From Naegleria gruberi (lineage: Eukaryota): a stretch of DNA of 64,000 bases. The DNA lies in the NCBI GenBank assembly GCA_000004985.1, contig GG738848.1, one strand, 5' to 3'. The first letter of the stretch is position 1, and every line of letters starts with the position of its first letter. Below the pieces are notes generated by a model. That model saw only the letters and a program-made list of their open reading frames with translations, was not told the origin of the DNA and did no database searches. Both the position numbers and the translations under genes were made by a program. Of the stretch, positions 35,598-47,447 are shown in pieces.

Positions 35598-35752
35598 TTT
35601 TTTAAAATCCTTAAACGTTTACTTTTTTACTGTTAAAATATTGGCGGTAAAGTTATTAATAGTATTGATGATGTAATTTAAAACAAAAGAATTTATAAAA
35701 AAATTATTTGAATCTACCACAGTTGGATGGAACACACTTTTCTGAAAATTTC

Positions 35753-36013
35753 ATGTCTTCGGAATCAACTTCATATGGAACTAGATTTGTAAATAAATTT
35801 AAAAATCAAAATGTGTGTCTATTGTTAACTTTATCCATTATTTTACTCTGTATCATTTTCATGTGTTTACAAATAGTTTATCAACAAGATCAAAAACAAG
35901 CAACATTACAATCATTTGAAACTAATCCATTGAGAGATTATGAAGCCATTAGACATGATTTAATTAAAACAGGTGATAATAATGCACCACCAACATTATT
36001 ACCCAATATTTAA
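35753..36013 (+). CDS. Small single-pass membrane protein (about 86 aa), hypothetical.
   Basis: First ATG inside track ORF 35708-36013 gives MSSESTSYGTRFVNKFKNQNVCLLLTLSIILLCIIFMCLQIVYQQ..., with one hydrophobic helix. Sits in the short interval between two minus-strand genes. No homology recognised. Confidence 0.25.
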   Translation: MSSESTSYGTRFVNKFKNQNVCLLLTLSIILLCIIFMCLQIVYQQDQKQATLQSFETNPLRDYEAIRHDLIKTGDNNAPPTLLPNI

Positions 36014-36055
36014 AAACAAGTAATAATTGAAAATAAATTTTTTTAATAAATAAAA

Positions 36056-37895
36056 TTAACAAGAAAGCAAAGCTTCATCAGCAAAGAATTTCACATCTGG
36101 ATCATTATCATCATGGAGAATTTGCAAAACTGGTTTGATTCTTTCTTGGACAATCTTAGCTTCAACACGTGGAATAATTATGCCCAAAGTCTTAGCAACA
36201 TTGAAACGAATATTTGGTACAGGATCTTTTGACATTTCAATAACTACATCAAGTAAATGAGATGCAATATTTTCTTCTGTCATAACTTGAGACAAAACAC
36301 CAATAGCAAAAAGTGTTGTCATTCTATATAAATAATTAGAATCCTTTGACATTTCAACAACTTTTGGTAATAAATGTTCAACAGCCCAAGCAGGACCAAA
36401 AGTTTCAGTCAATTTCTTCAAGTTATTTGTAGCAGCTTCACGAATTGAATAAACAGAGTCTGATAACCATGTCATACACAAATCGTTCAACCTTTCATTG
36501 AAGAATTTAACACCTAATTGACTTGATAACAATGGAATATGTTCAATAATAGCAGCTCTAACTCTCCATTGTTTATCTTCTGCTAATTCCACAATAGCTG
36601 GTAAAAGTGATTGTGCCAATAAATCAACACCAATAACATCATTAACAGATTCCAATCTAGAAATAATATTTAAACGAACTTCTGGTGATTCATCCTTCAA
36701 TAATTGTAAAAATAAAGGTAAAAGAGCATCAATAGTATGTTCTCTTCCTAAAATTGGAGCCAATCCCATAATTTCAGATGCCAAAGCAGATCGTACATGT
36801 TCAGATTTGTCTGAAACTAAATTCTTAATACTTGGTAAAACTTCTGAAACAATCAATTCTTTTGGAACCAAAGAACAAACATCAGCAACTCTCAAAGAAG
36901 CAGCTGTTCTAACTTCAGCTTCAGAGTCTGTGCATAATTTCACGTAAGAGTGTAACAATTCATTTGTTAAAATTTCTTGACCCATTCCTTCACAAATAGA
37001 TTTAAAGTGATCAGCGGCCATATATCTTACTCTCCATGATTTATCAGTACAACAACTCTTAATTGCTGGAAGAATATGTGTAACAGCTTCTTTTGGTGAA
37101 AGTAACTTTGAGAATGCAACACAATTTTCAACAGTCAACAATCGTACAGAATCTTGATCATCTTGATGTAAGTTAAGAAACATTGGTACCATTTCACTAA
37201 CAATAAATTCCTTTTCAACTTTAGCAGCAAAATCACCTAAATTTGTACAAGCAGCTCTTCTAACCATTGGTGTTTCATCTTTGCACAATTTGGCATAAGT
37301 TTGTCTCAGTTCAGCTCTAATATCTTTACCAACAACAGAATATAAAACTGAGAATAAGCCACATGATGACGATCTACTTGTAAACCAATCTCCGGAAGAT
37401 AACTTTCTAACTAGTGGTAAAATGTATTGTTCAGTATGTTGCAAAGCCTTCATTTCATTGGCAATCTTGCAGAGAGATTTTACAGCCTTTTCTCTAACAG
37501 AATTTTCCTCAACATTACATAATGTTTCGAGTGGTAAAATCAGACAATGAGCATGTTCTGCACCACCAACATATTGTACAAAATTACCTAACTCTTCGGC
37601 AAGAGCAAGAAGAACTTCATCTTCATCATCAATACATGATTCGTTGAGGAATGGTATTAATTCATAACGTGTTCTATCCGCGCCAAGAGCATTAGCAATT
37701 GTTCCTAATCGTTTTATAGAATTTAAACGTAATTGTACGTCTTCATTCTTTAGTTCATCAATAAGAATAGCAATTGGATAAAGTGATTCTTCGTTTTCGT
37801 CAGCAACTAATTTTAATCATCAATATAATAAAAACAATAAATAATAATAATAATATATCAATAATAGTCATCATCGTCAACACACTTGCCGCCAT
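36056..37895 (-). CDS. Protein phosphatase 2A scaffold (A/PR65) subunit, HEAT-repeat protein. 2 exons (37886-37895 and 36056-37806).
   Basis: A 10-nt first coding exon ATGGCGGCAA with a GTGTGT donor and TTAG acceptor at 37807 (79-nt intron) yields [57 protein letters not shown]..., colinear with PR65 N-termini. About 15 HEAT repeats follow (...[24 protein letters not shown]...). The track ORF 36056-37453 is the 3' part, read from an internal M. Confidence 0.7.
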
Positions 37896-38541
37896 CAAAC
37901 AATATAAAATAACCTACCCATTTTTTAAACAAGAAGGTGACGAGTTTTTAAAAAGATAATTTTTTTAAAAAGATTTTCAAAAAAGCAAAGCCTTGAAATT
38001 TAAGAGCCAATAGACCGGATCATCATTATAACATTCGCAAAGACAATTACCAATTTGAATGACATTGAACTACAACATGGTGTTTGTTGGTCAACATTTA
38101 TTGAAATATTTTAATATTATTATTGTGTCTGCTAGCACTTTGAAGATGAAATGAAATTTTTGATCTTGTCTGTAAATAGATAACACGTTCATTAATTGGG
38201 GTGATTGAGAAAATTTTTCCCTATTAATTGTACGGTTGGTTTCATGTCATCATCTCTTTCAATTAATTCATATTATTCAATTAGAAAACCTCAATATTTT
38301 AATAATTTGATGGTCCTAATTGGTGACAGGCAATTTTCCTTCCTAAATCCCAACGGAAATTTAAAAAAAATTGAAAAGAAGGGAATTGAAGAGAATTTGT
38401 TTTTATCTTTGTTTTTCTTCTCAATTGACTTATTGTATCATCACCACCATCATCATTATTGTATCATTTATCATTGTAACCTTTCATAATATTATTATTA
38501 CCCGAAAAGCCTAATAATCCTCAAACCGCCAAAAAATTACA

Positions 38542-41107
38542 ATGAATCATTTGGAAGTAAAATCTCCATCATCATTAACTCCTTCTTCATCTACTACAAG
38601 TAATACATTAAATACAAGTACTACTACTATTACATCTACACCATCATCATCTTCATTAAAAAAGCCTTCTTCTGTATTTATTGCTCAACCTCATTCAATT
38701 AAAATGAAAAATCAATCAAATCAAAATCATTACCAAAATAGTAAAGATGATGATTTATTAAATAATAATACATCTAATACATTAAATAATACTAATAATA
38801 CATTAAATAATACATCATATAATAATACATCAAATACATCAAATAATAATACATCAATTAATTTTATTCATGAAATTTCATCACCAAATATATCATCCAA
38901 TAATACAAATAATTTAACAACAGCTAATTTTATACCACATAATGTAGAACAAGAAATAGGAGAAGATGTTTTATTTGGCTATACTGATTTAACTAGAATA
39001 GAATTACCACCCTTATCTAAAAGACCATTTTACAAAAAAGGAATATTTAAAATATTTTATTTATTTTATTATTTATTTAAAATGATAATATTTTTATTTA
39101 AATTTTTAATTTCATATATTGGATTAATTAATCATCAAAGTAAACAAAAAAAACATTGTAAAATATTATTAGAAGAAAAAGTAGAAAATTATAAAGAATA
39201 TAAAGAAATTTCACTATATTTAGATCAATTAGAAGGATTTGATTTATGGAAAGCAGAAAATGAATCAAAATATTATAATTATGAACAAATTGAATCTATA
39301 AATTATCAATTAATTGCCATGTTAAGAAAAAAAGATATACACGGATTACAATGGTTATTAAGAGCACAATTACATCGAAATATTGCTGGAATTTCACATG
39401 TTAAATTATATGAATGTCATACTGGAACTAAACAATTAATTGAAGAATATATTGAATTGGTTTCAAAGGCTTTAATTTTCATTAAGGAATCAACAATGCA
39501 ATTATCATTGGAAGATAAATTAAAATTCTTCAGAGATACTTCACATGCCTATGGAAGAAGTGCTCTATTATTGAGTGGAGGTGGTGGTTTATCAATGTAT
39601 CATTTGGGTGTTATTAAATCTTTATATGATGCAAAAGTTGTAGGTTTTAACTTTGAAATATATATATATCTAACTTTAATTTATTCATTTAATTTATAAT
39701 TAATATATAATATATTCATATAATATTTAATTGATATATCTATTCATATAATATTCATATAATTGATATAATATAATATATTATTGAATAGTTACCTAAT
39801 ATAATAAGTGGATCAAGTGCAGGATCAATATTAGCATCCGTTCTAGCAACTAGAAAAGATGAAGATATTGCCAAATGTTTTGAAAGTGATGGATTTAAAT
39901 TGGATGCATTTGGTGGTAGTTCAGATACACCAGAGAGAAGTGCCATGAGAAAATTGAATAGATTTCTAAATAATGGAGTAATAATGGATGTTAACAAATT
40001 AGCACAATGTATTAGAGAGAATATTGGTGATTTAACATTTGAAGAGGCTTACAAAATAAGTGGAAGAGTTTTAAATATAACTGTTAGTGGATTGGGCGGC
40101 TATCAGACACATGAGGGTTTATTAAATTATTTAACTGCTCCAAATGTTTTAATTTGGTCTGCTGCATGTGCTAGTAGTTGTATACCAGGTGTATGTTGTT
40201 TTTATTATTTTATATTAATATTTAATACTTTACAATGATATTTAATATATTTAATAATATTTAAAAATAATAGTTTTATAAAGCAGTACCATTAATGGCT
40301 AAAGATAGAGATGGTAATATAATACCTTATCATAATTTTCCAAATCAAAAATATCAAGATGGAACATTATTTAATGATTTACCAATAACAAGACTTGCAG
40401 AATTATTTAATGTTAATTTTTATATTGCAAGTCAAGTTAATCCACATGTGTTACCATTTATAACATCATCATCTTCATCACAAAATAATGGATCAATTAT
40501 TTCAAATATTATAAATTTATGTTTATCTGAAATTAAATATAGAATTGGACAATTATATAATTATGGATTAATACCTGAAAGATTTAGATGGTTTGAATTG
40601 GTTTTATCACAACCTTATCAAGCAGATATTACCATTGTACCAACTAAATTAAATTTAGATAATTTTAAAAAGATTTTATCAAATCCAACTGCTGAATATA
40701 TTAAATCTGCAATTAATCAAGGTTTGAGAAAAACCTATCCACACATGAATAGAATTGAAAATATGTTAAAAATTGAATTTACACTTGATAGATGTTTAAG
40801 AGAGGTCAGAAGAGATTTATTTAAAAATAGTCCAAATGTTGCAATGAGATTATCAAAATCTTCATCTTTATTCGATTTGGAATCTGAAGATTTTATTCAA
40901 CAAGATGAAGATGAAGAAAATGATGGAAATGGATATGGAAATATTCATTCTTCTAATCATACTTCTACTACTAATTTTAATAATGGAATGATGACGACGA
41001 TGATGGATGAAGAAGGATCATCGCTTGTATCAACCAGCAATACAACAGTAAGAAGAAATTTATTACACGAAGTAAATCCATATACTATTACTAGAAAATT
41101 TCAATAA
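38542..41107 (+). CDS. Patatin-like phospholipase / triacylglycerol lipase of the SDP1/TGL4 family. 3 exons (38542-39639, 39792-40190 and 40274-41107).
   Basis: Real ATG at 38542. S/T/N-rich N-terminal region. DUF3336-like segment ending in the oxyanion motif LLSGGGGLSMYHLGVIKSLYDAKV. GTAGGT donor at 39640 and AATAG acceptor at 39791. Exon 2 begins LPNIISGSSAGSILASVLATR (GxSxG lipase serine). GTATGT donor after ...SSCIPG at 40191, acceptor AATAG at 40273, then exon 3 FYKAVPLMAKDRDGNIIPYH... All introns are phase 0. Confidence 0.6.
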
Positions 41108-41169
41108 TAATAATAATAAAATTCAACAATATTATTAATTTATAATTTTATGAATTAAAAATATTTTGA

Positions 41170-43407
41170 TTAAACATCTCTATCTTTTGGTTCTTTAAAT
41201 GGTATTCCAATAAAATTAAAAATATCATTTTCAGTTTTACAATTAATTTTAGTACCATCATGAATTCTATTTGATTTTGAATCTCTAATAGTATTTATAC
41301 ATAATGATTTATCACTTAGAGAATAACCCTTCTTTCTACATAATAAACGTAATGATCTATTAAAATGATCTGAACCTGTAAAATATAATAATGCAAATGC
41401 AAAATGTTCTCTCCTATAAACTTTAATATCAATTCTTCTGTGAATTCCAATTTGTGGTAAATAATAAACTCCCATAAATGTATCATTTTCATCTTGATTT
41501 AAATGTATTTTACATGAAATTGATAATGTATCAGTTATTATTTTCATTTCTTCAAGTTTTGTTACTATTTTTTGTAATAATCCATCAATTATTATTTTTT
41601 CATTATTATTATTATGATTATTATTAATATGATTATTATTATTATTATTATTATTATTAATATTATTAATAGTTATCAATTCATTTGATTCAATTGATGA
41701 TGATTCATTTGATGATAATTCAATTGATGAAAATTGATTATCATTTTCATCTTGTTTTAGAGTAATTAAAATGTCAACATCACCTGAATCTTGTTTACCT
41801 CTTCTATATGAACCACATACTTGACATACTATAAATGGATTAATTTCATAACAAACTTGATTAATTAAATTATAAATTTGTTCAACTTCCATTCTTGGAA
41901 TTCTTTGTTGAAATTCATAAAAATATTTTAATCCAATTAATTGTTGTGAATTTAATTTAGATTTATCAATTTCATTTATATTTCTATATCCATATGAATA
42001 TAATTGGAAAGCTGTTTTTTGTCCAACTCCCCAAATTTTTGTAAATTCTTGAATTATTTGATTTTGATATGAAGATGAAATTCCTTCAACTCTTTTCATT
42101 TTACCAAATTTTAAATATTCTTTAATTTTATCTTTAACTTTATCTCCAATTCCTTTTATGGTATTTACTTGTTCTATTTTAGTAATTTTAAAATTTAATT
42201 TTTTTATTATTGTTATTGATTTTTTATAGGCTAATGATCTAAATATATCATTATTATCAGAATAATGTTTATATAATTTATTAAATAATTCAATTAATTC
42301 TTCATTATTATTAGAATTATTTCCATTTATATCATTTATATTATTAGAAGAAGAATTATTATTATTAGAATTATTATTAGAATTATTATTATTGGATGAA
42401 CTTCCACTAACACATACAAATGAATTTAAAAATCTTTCTTGTCTTTCTTTTTTAATTTCCATAATTGATTTATTATTACTATTTATATTATTATTATTAT
42501 TAGAAATAATAGAATCATTTAAATTATTATTATTAGAAATATTATTAACATCTTGTTGTTGTGGTTGTTGTGAAGAATTTAATTCTTGTTGAGAATTATT
42601 TAATAAATTAATTTCATAATTACTAAATTTAGTAATTAATTTATCATATTTAATACAATCTATTATATATTTACATTTTAATAATTTACAATTTAAATAA
42701 TTTGGATAAATTTCTTTAATTTTTTCAATATTTTCATTTCCACAAATAATAAAATCAAATAAAATATTAAAATTATTAAATTTATAAATTTCACAAATTC
42801 CACCTTTTTTTCTAATATTATTTAAATGAATATTTGCTTGTTGATTTGACATGTTTTTACCACAAATTAATAATATTTTAATTCCTTCAAATATTTTATT
42901 TTGTTGTGAATTTTTATTTTCTATAAATGTATTATTATTACTTTCCATATATGTATTATTATTAATATTTATATAACTATTATCTATATATGTATTATTA
43001 TTTATATCATCATTAGATGTATCCATTAAATTATTACTATTATTAGAAATATTATTAACATCCATATTTGTAATATTATTTTCTATTAAATTTTCAGGTA
43101 ATGAAAATAATTGATTATTTTTAAATCTAATATCATATTTATTTTGAATTAAATTATTTAATTTTGTATAATTAAATTTTAATTCCTTTTCTATTGGATT
43201 TAATTTTGAATATAAATTATATAAATGATTAACTACTTGTTCCGAATTATTATTATTAGAATTATTATTAGAATTATTAGAATTATTAGAAATGTTAGAA
43301 TTATTTAATTGATGATTGTTATATTCCAAATCTTCCTTTTCTAAATCGATTAGATAATTTTCAATATGAGAGAAGAAGGCTTGATAATTTTCTGATGTCA
43401 TTTTCAT
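41170..43407 (-). CDS. Family X DNA polymerase with an N-terminal BRCT-like region (Pol lambda / Pol4-like), 745 aa.
   Basis: Real ATG at 43405-43407 (MKMTSENYQAFF). BRCT-like segment (IKILLICGKNMSNQQANIHLNNIRKKGGICEIYKF). Helix-hairpin-helix motif GIGDKVKDKIKEYL. PolX catalytic motif GSYRRGKQDSGDVDILIT, then ...DIKVYRREHFAFALLYFTGSDHFNRSLR. Several poly-N insertions. Confidence 0.65.
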   Translation of the reverse strand: MKMTSENYQAFFSHIENYLIDLEKEDLEYNNHQLNNSNISNNSNNSNNNSNNNNSEQVVNHLYNLYSKLNPIEKELKFNYTKLNNLIQNKYDIRFKNNQLFSLPENLIENNITNMDVNNISNNSNNLMDTSNDDINNNTYIDNSYININNNTYMESNNNTFIENKNSQQNKIFEGIKILLICGKNMSNQQANIHLNNIRKKGGICEIYKFNNFNILFDFIICGNENIEKIKEIYPNYLNCKLLKCKYIIDCIKYDKLITKFSNYEINLLNNSQQELNSSQQPQQQDVNNISNNNNLNDSIISNNNNNINSNNKSIMEIKKERQERFLNSFVCVSGSSSNNNNSNNNSNNNNSSSNNINDINGNNSNNNEELIELFNKLYKHYSDNNDIFRSLAYKKSITIIKKLNFKITKIEQVNTIKGIGDKVKDKIKEYLKFGKMKRVEGISSSYQNQIIQEFTKIWGVGQKTAFQLYSYGYRNINEIDKSKLNSQQLIGLKYFYEFQQRIPRMEVEQIYNLINQVCYEINPFIVCQVCGSYRRGKQDSGDVDILITLKQDENDNQFSSIELSSNESSSIESNELITINNINNNNNNNNNHINNNHNNNNEKIIIDGLLQKIVTKLEEMKIITDTLSISCKIHLNQDENDTFMGVYYLPQIGIHRRIDIKVYRREHFAFALLYFTGSDHFNRSLRLLCRKKGYSLSDKSLCINTIRDSKSNRIHDGTKINCKTENDIFNFIGIPFKEPKDRDV

Positions 43408-43575
43408 TCATTTTTTTTAGGCGGGAAATTCATCTCTCCCATTATTCTTTTTGATATCATCATAACAATAACTGATGATGATTCCGAGTAACGAATATTT
43501 ATTCATGTCCATCACACAAATATTTGTGAAGATGAAATAATAAAAATAAATGATGACATTTAAAAATCAAAAAAA

Positions 43576-44049
43576 ATGGCTTATAACGTTGAAAAGGAAA
43601 TTGAACATCTTGTTCATGAAATGAAGAGAAGTATGTGTGATAAATTGATATAAATATTGAAAGATGATGATGGTGTTGATGGTTAAATTTTACTAGTTGG
43701 TGATTCTGAAGGTACTTGTACTTTCGGTCAAATCTTCCATGACGATAAGATTCAAAACTTGTTGGAAAGTTTAGGTACGATTATTATTATTTAAATGTCA
43801 TATATTAATGTCATATATTAATGATGATAAATTATAATTTACTAAAATTGTTATTTACAAAGTTGGTACAATGAAAGGTAAGTTAATCACCATTTTGATC
43901 AAAATATCTAACTAATTAATCAATGCAACAATGAAATAGCTGCCAAGAAGCGTAAAATTATTGATTTCCAAGGTGAATTACTTTTGCAAGGTGTTCATGA
44001 TAAAGTTGTTGTTACACTCTTGCAACCTGACTACAAGGCTTCTCAATAA
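43576..44049 (+). CDS. Small conserved-looking protein of about 85 aa from 4 exons (43576-43630, 43697-43774, 43863-43877 and 43940-44049). Function unknown.
   Basis: ATG at 43576. Donors GTATGT, GTACGA and GTAAGT. Acceptors CTAG, AAAG and ATAG. All introns are phase 1. Product [85 protein letters not shown]. It includes a 15-nt micro-exon, so the model is tentative. Confidence 0.35.
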
Positions 44050-44528
44050 AAGTCTAATAATTCTACGTCAAATATAATGGTTTTATCTCCTTTGAAAAGA
44101 CCTGGAAATCCTGTTGATCCATAGGCTACATCTGGTGTCATTCTTACTTTAGCTCTTTCTCCTAAACTCATCTTTATATTCCAATATTTGAAATGGAAAT
44201 TCAATAATCATCATCATCGTAATTAAATATATAAATATTAATTAATAATTGAAGGATTGAAAAACAAACCTGACCAACACCTTCATCCCATCCTTTAATT
44301 ACTTCTCCAACTCCTAATTTAAATTTGAATGGTTTTCCTCTCTTTCTACTACTATCAAATTCAACTCCTTCATCTGATCCATTATCTGAGGCAATCTAAA
44401 TTGTATTTTAATTCCACAACATTCATCCTTAAACTTACAAATCCTGTGTAGTGTACACTCACTGTTTGTCCTGGTTTTGGTACATTCTTTCCATCTCCCT
44501 TAACAATAATTTCCAAAGTAACACCCAT
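44043..44528 (-). CDS. FKBP12-type peptidyl-prolyl cis-trans isomerase. 3 exons (44439-44528, 44270-44395 and 44043-44171).
   Basis: ATG at 44526-44528. Product [30 protein letters not shown] | [42 protein letters not shown] | [42 protein letters not shown]. Nearly colinear with FKBP12 (VHYTG...FDSS..KPFKF.LG..EVIRGWEEGV..MS.G.RA......AYG..G.P......L.FDVELL). Introns of 43 and 98 nt with GTAAGT and GTTTGT donors. Missed entirely by the ORF track. Confidence 0.65.
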
Positions 44529-44703
44529 TTTCTTATTCCGATTTAATCAATTGAACTATTTTTGACTTCAAGTACTACTATTATTCAATATTGAATGCAA
44601 ATGAATACAAAAAAAGGCTTTGATGTGTTTTTTTTTTGTAGTTATTTACAGTTTTTATGATGGGGATGATTATTTGAAAATGATTAAAATTTTGGAGGGA
44701 AAT

Positions 44704-45456
44704 TTATTCCTTCTTCTTTGCTTGAGAAGCGACACTATTAATCTTTTGTTGAATAGCTTCTTGATCACCCAAATAGTAATGTTTGATTGGTTTCAAATTT
44801 TCATCTAATTCATAAACCAAAGGAACACCAGTTGGAATATTCAATTCAACAATTTCTTCATTTGGAATGTTATCTAAATATTTAACCAAAGCACGAAGAG
44901 AATTACCATGAGCAGCAACGAGAACTTTCTTTCCTTCCTTAACAGATGGAGCAATAACATCATTCCAATATGGAATAACTCTATCAACAGTTAAAGCAAG
45001 TGATTCAGTCTTTGGTAATTCTTCTTCAGTCAATGATGAGTATTTTCTTTCATGTCCTGGATATCTTTCATCAGAAACTTCAAGTGCTGGTGGTGGAATA
45101 TCGTAGGATCTTCTCCAAACTTTAACTTGTTCTTCACCATGTTTTTCAGCTGTTTGAGCCTTGTTTAATCCTTGAAGAGCACCATAATGTCTTTCATTCA
45201 ATCTCCAACTCTTACTAACTGGTAAATACATCATATCCATAGTTTCCAATACAATCCACAATGTCTTGATGGCACGTTTTAATAAACTTGTATAACAAAC
45301 ATCAAATTGATAGCCTTCTTTGCTCAAAATTTGACCAGCTTCTACAGCTTCCTTCAATCCTGTTTCACTCAAACCACAATCATACCAACCAGTAAATCTA
45401 TTTTCCTTGTTCCATTCTGATTCACCGTGTCTAATTAATACAATTTTATAAACCAT
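44704..45456 (-). CDS. 2,3-bisphosphoglycerate-dependent phosphoglycerate mutase (dPGM).
   Basis: Real [29 protein letters not shown] (RHGE catalytic histidine motif), ...[22 protein letters not shown]..., single exon, 250 aa. Confidence 0.8.
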   Translation of the reverse strand: MVYKIVLIRHGESEWNKENRFTGWYDCGLSETGLKEAVEAGQILSKEGYQFDVCYTSLLKRAIKTLWIVLETMDMMYLPVSKSWRLNERHYGALQGLNKAQTAEKHGEEQVKVWRRSYDIPPPALEVSDERYPGHERKYSSLTEEELPKTESLALTVDRVIPYWNDVIAPSVKEGKKVLVAAHGNSLRALVKYLDNIPNEEIVELNIPTGVPLVYELDENLKPIKHYYLGDQEAIQQKINSVASQAKKKE

Positions 45457-45895
45457 TTTATAATGTGTTGTTGTGGGTATATCTAGTTGTTGTCTTGTTT
45501 TTTTTAATTGTGTTTGATCGGAACCGAAAAAGGTACTGTGGATAGGCTTGATTATTTGTTATTAGATAAATTTCCTTAGGCTGGATGGTATAGACTTGAG
45601 AGTAAGCTAGATAATTAATGGATAACAAAGTTAATCAAGTTGAATAATCCATTTAAAGATTTCTTTACAAATCAATATAATTTCTCATTTTAATATAAAT
45701 TGAAATCTTTTCAATCATTTTAAGCTCCAAAGGATTTAATTATTATTCAATAAAAAACTTTTTCAGCTGATTCATTGAATATATGATCACCACCAATATG
45801 AATTAACAACACTATGAATTCTCTCTTCCCGCCAATGATATCCTACAATATTTTCATCACCAGTAATAAATTTTTATTATTCAGCCTTTAAAAAA

Positions 45896-47392
45896 ATGTC
45901 ATCATCTAGTACAATGACTCCATCACCTCATCATCATCATTCTAGTAGTGGTGGTGGTATTGGTGGTGATAGTATTGATGATCATCATACTAATAATAAT
46001 AATAATAATAACAAATCAAATATTAATATTTTCTTCCAACAATTAACAAGTAAACAATCACTATTTTATATATCTATAATAGCAATATTATTTGAAATAT
46101 TATTTAATATAATAATAATTAAAAAAGTATCATATACAGAAATTGATTGGATTGCATATATGGAAGAAGTTAAAGGTTTTTTAAATGGAGATTGGGATTA
46201 TTCACATTTACATGGTCAAACAGGACCACTTGTATATCCTGCTTTATTTGTTTATATTTATTCTATTTTAAATATAATTACTTTAGATGGAAGTGTAATA
46301 ATTGGACAATATATTTTTGTATTAATTTATATTTTTATTTTTATTATAGTAATTACATTATATTTAAATTATAGTAAATTTAATAATAATAAATATATTT
46401 GGATAATAATAATGTTAATGTTAAGTAAAAGAATACATTCTATATTTGTATTAAGAATGTTTAATGATTGTATTGCAATGATGTTTCTATATTTAGCAAT
46501 ATTATGTTTTTGTAAAGATTATTATAAATTTGGATTATTTTTCTATAGTTGTGCATTAGGAATTAAAATGAATATTTTATTATTTTTACCAGCAGTTGGA
46601 ATTTTAATTGTTCAAAGATTTGGATTTACATTTAAATCAATTTTAAAATTAATTATTTTTATATTTGGATTACAAATATTATTTGCAATTCCATTTATTT
46701 ATGGAAATATGTTTGAATATTTTAATTATGCATTTGATTTTGGAAGAGAATTTACATTTAAATGGACTGTTAATTTTAGATTTTTAAATGAAGAATTTTT
46801 TAAATCAAAATTATTAGCAAAATTATTATTATTATTACATGTTTTATTTTTATTAATTTTTATTTTTACAAAATGGTGTAATGGTAAATTATTTAAAAAT
46901 CCATTTCATTTATTATTTAAATATAAAAATAACAAACCATTAGATACACAACATGTCATTTATTTAATGTTTACAAGTAATTTTATTGGTTTTATTTTTG
47001 CTAGAAGTTTACATTATCAATTCTATGTTTGGTATTTTCATACCATTCCATTCATGTTAATGTTCATTCCTTATTTTAAATTTAATTTTATTAGATTGGT
47101 TATTTTATTAGCAATTGAATATGTTTGGAATGTTTATCCATCCACTTCATTCTCATCTGCTCTTTTACATTTGTGTCATTTCATTATTTTATTAGGTTTA
47201 TTATTCACTCCATCACCTGCTTCTAAAATGAATGAAAATGGAACTATTATTAATCAAAATAATGATAATAATAATATTAATGATATGAACAATACAACAA
47301 CACCAACACCAACAACTATTAATCAAAGTAATATTGTTGATAATGTTAGTGTTTGTAACAATGATGATGATACAAAGAAGAAGAATAATTAA
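45896..47392 (+). CDS. ALG3-family dolichyl-P-Man:Man5GlcNAc2-PP-dolichol alpha-1,3-mannosyltransferase.
   Basis: Real ATG at 45896. His/Gly/Asn-rich N-terminal leader. Multi-pass membrane protein with ALG3-like conserved blocks (WIAYMEEVKGFLNGDWDYSHLHGQTGPLVYPA, NDCIAMMFLYLAILCF, FIYGNMFEYFNYAFDFGREFTFKWTVNF). Confidence 0.65.
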   Translation: MSSSSTMTPSPHHHHSSSGGGIGGDSIDDHHTNNNNNNNKSNINIFFQQLTSKQSLFYISIIAILFEILFNIIIIKKVSYTEIDWIAYMEEVKGFLNGDWDYSHLHGQTGPLVYPALFVYIYSILNIITLDGSVIIGQYIFVLIYIFIFIIVITLYLNYSKFNNNKYIWIIIMLMLSKRIHSIFVLRMFNDCIAMMFLYLAILCFCKDYYKFGLFFYSCALGIKMNILLFLPAVGILIVQRFGFTFKSILKLIIFIFGLQILFAIPFIYGNMFEYFNYAFDFGREFTFKWTVNFRFLNEEFFKSKLLAKLLLLLHVLFLLIFIFTKWCNGKLFKNPFHLLFKYKNNKPLDTQHVIYLMFTSNFIGFIFARSLHYQFYVWYFHTIPFMLMFIPYFKFNFIRLVILLAIEYVWNVYPSTSFSSALLHLCHFIILLGLLFTPSPASKMNENGTIINQNNDNNNINDMNNTTTPTPTTINQSNIVDNVSVCNNDDDTKKKNN

Positions 47393-47447
47393 AAATGAAT
47401 CCATTAATTAATATCATCAATATTGTGAGAGAAGAATAAATGATTTA

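Noticed and set aside
38205-38489. ORF 38205-38489 with a His6 run in the PP2A-A/lipase intergenic region. Also ORF 37774-37959.
   Set aside because: They lie in the divergent promoter and the intron 1 and 5' region of PP2A-A, and have AT-rich low-complexity translations. ORF 37774-37959 overlaps the PP2A first intron on the opposite strand.
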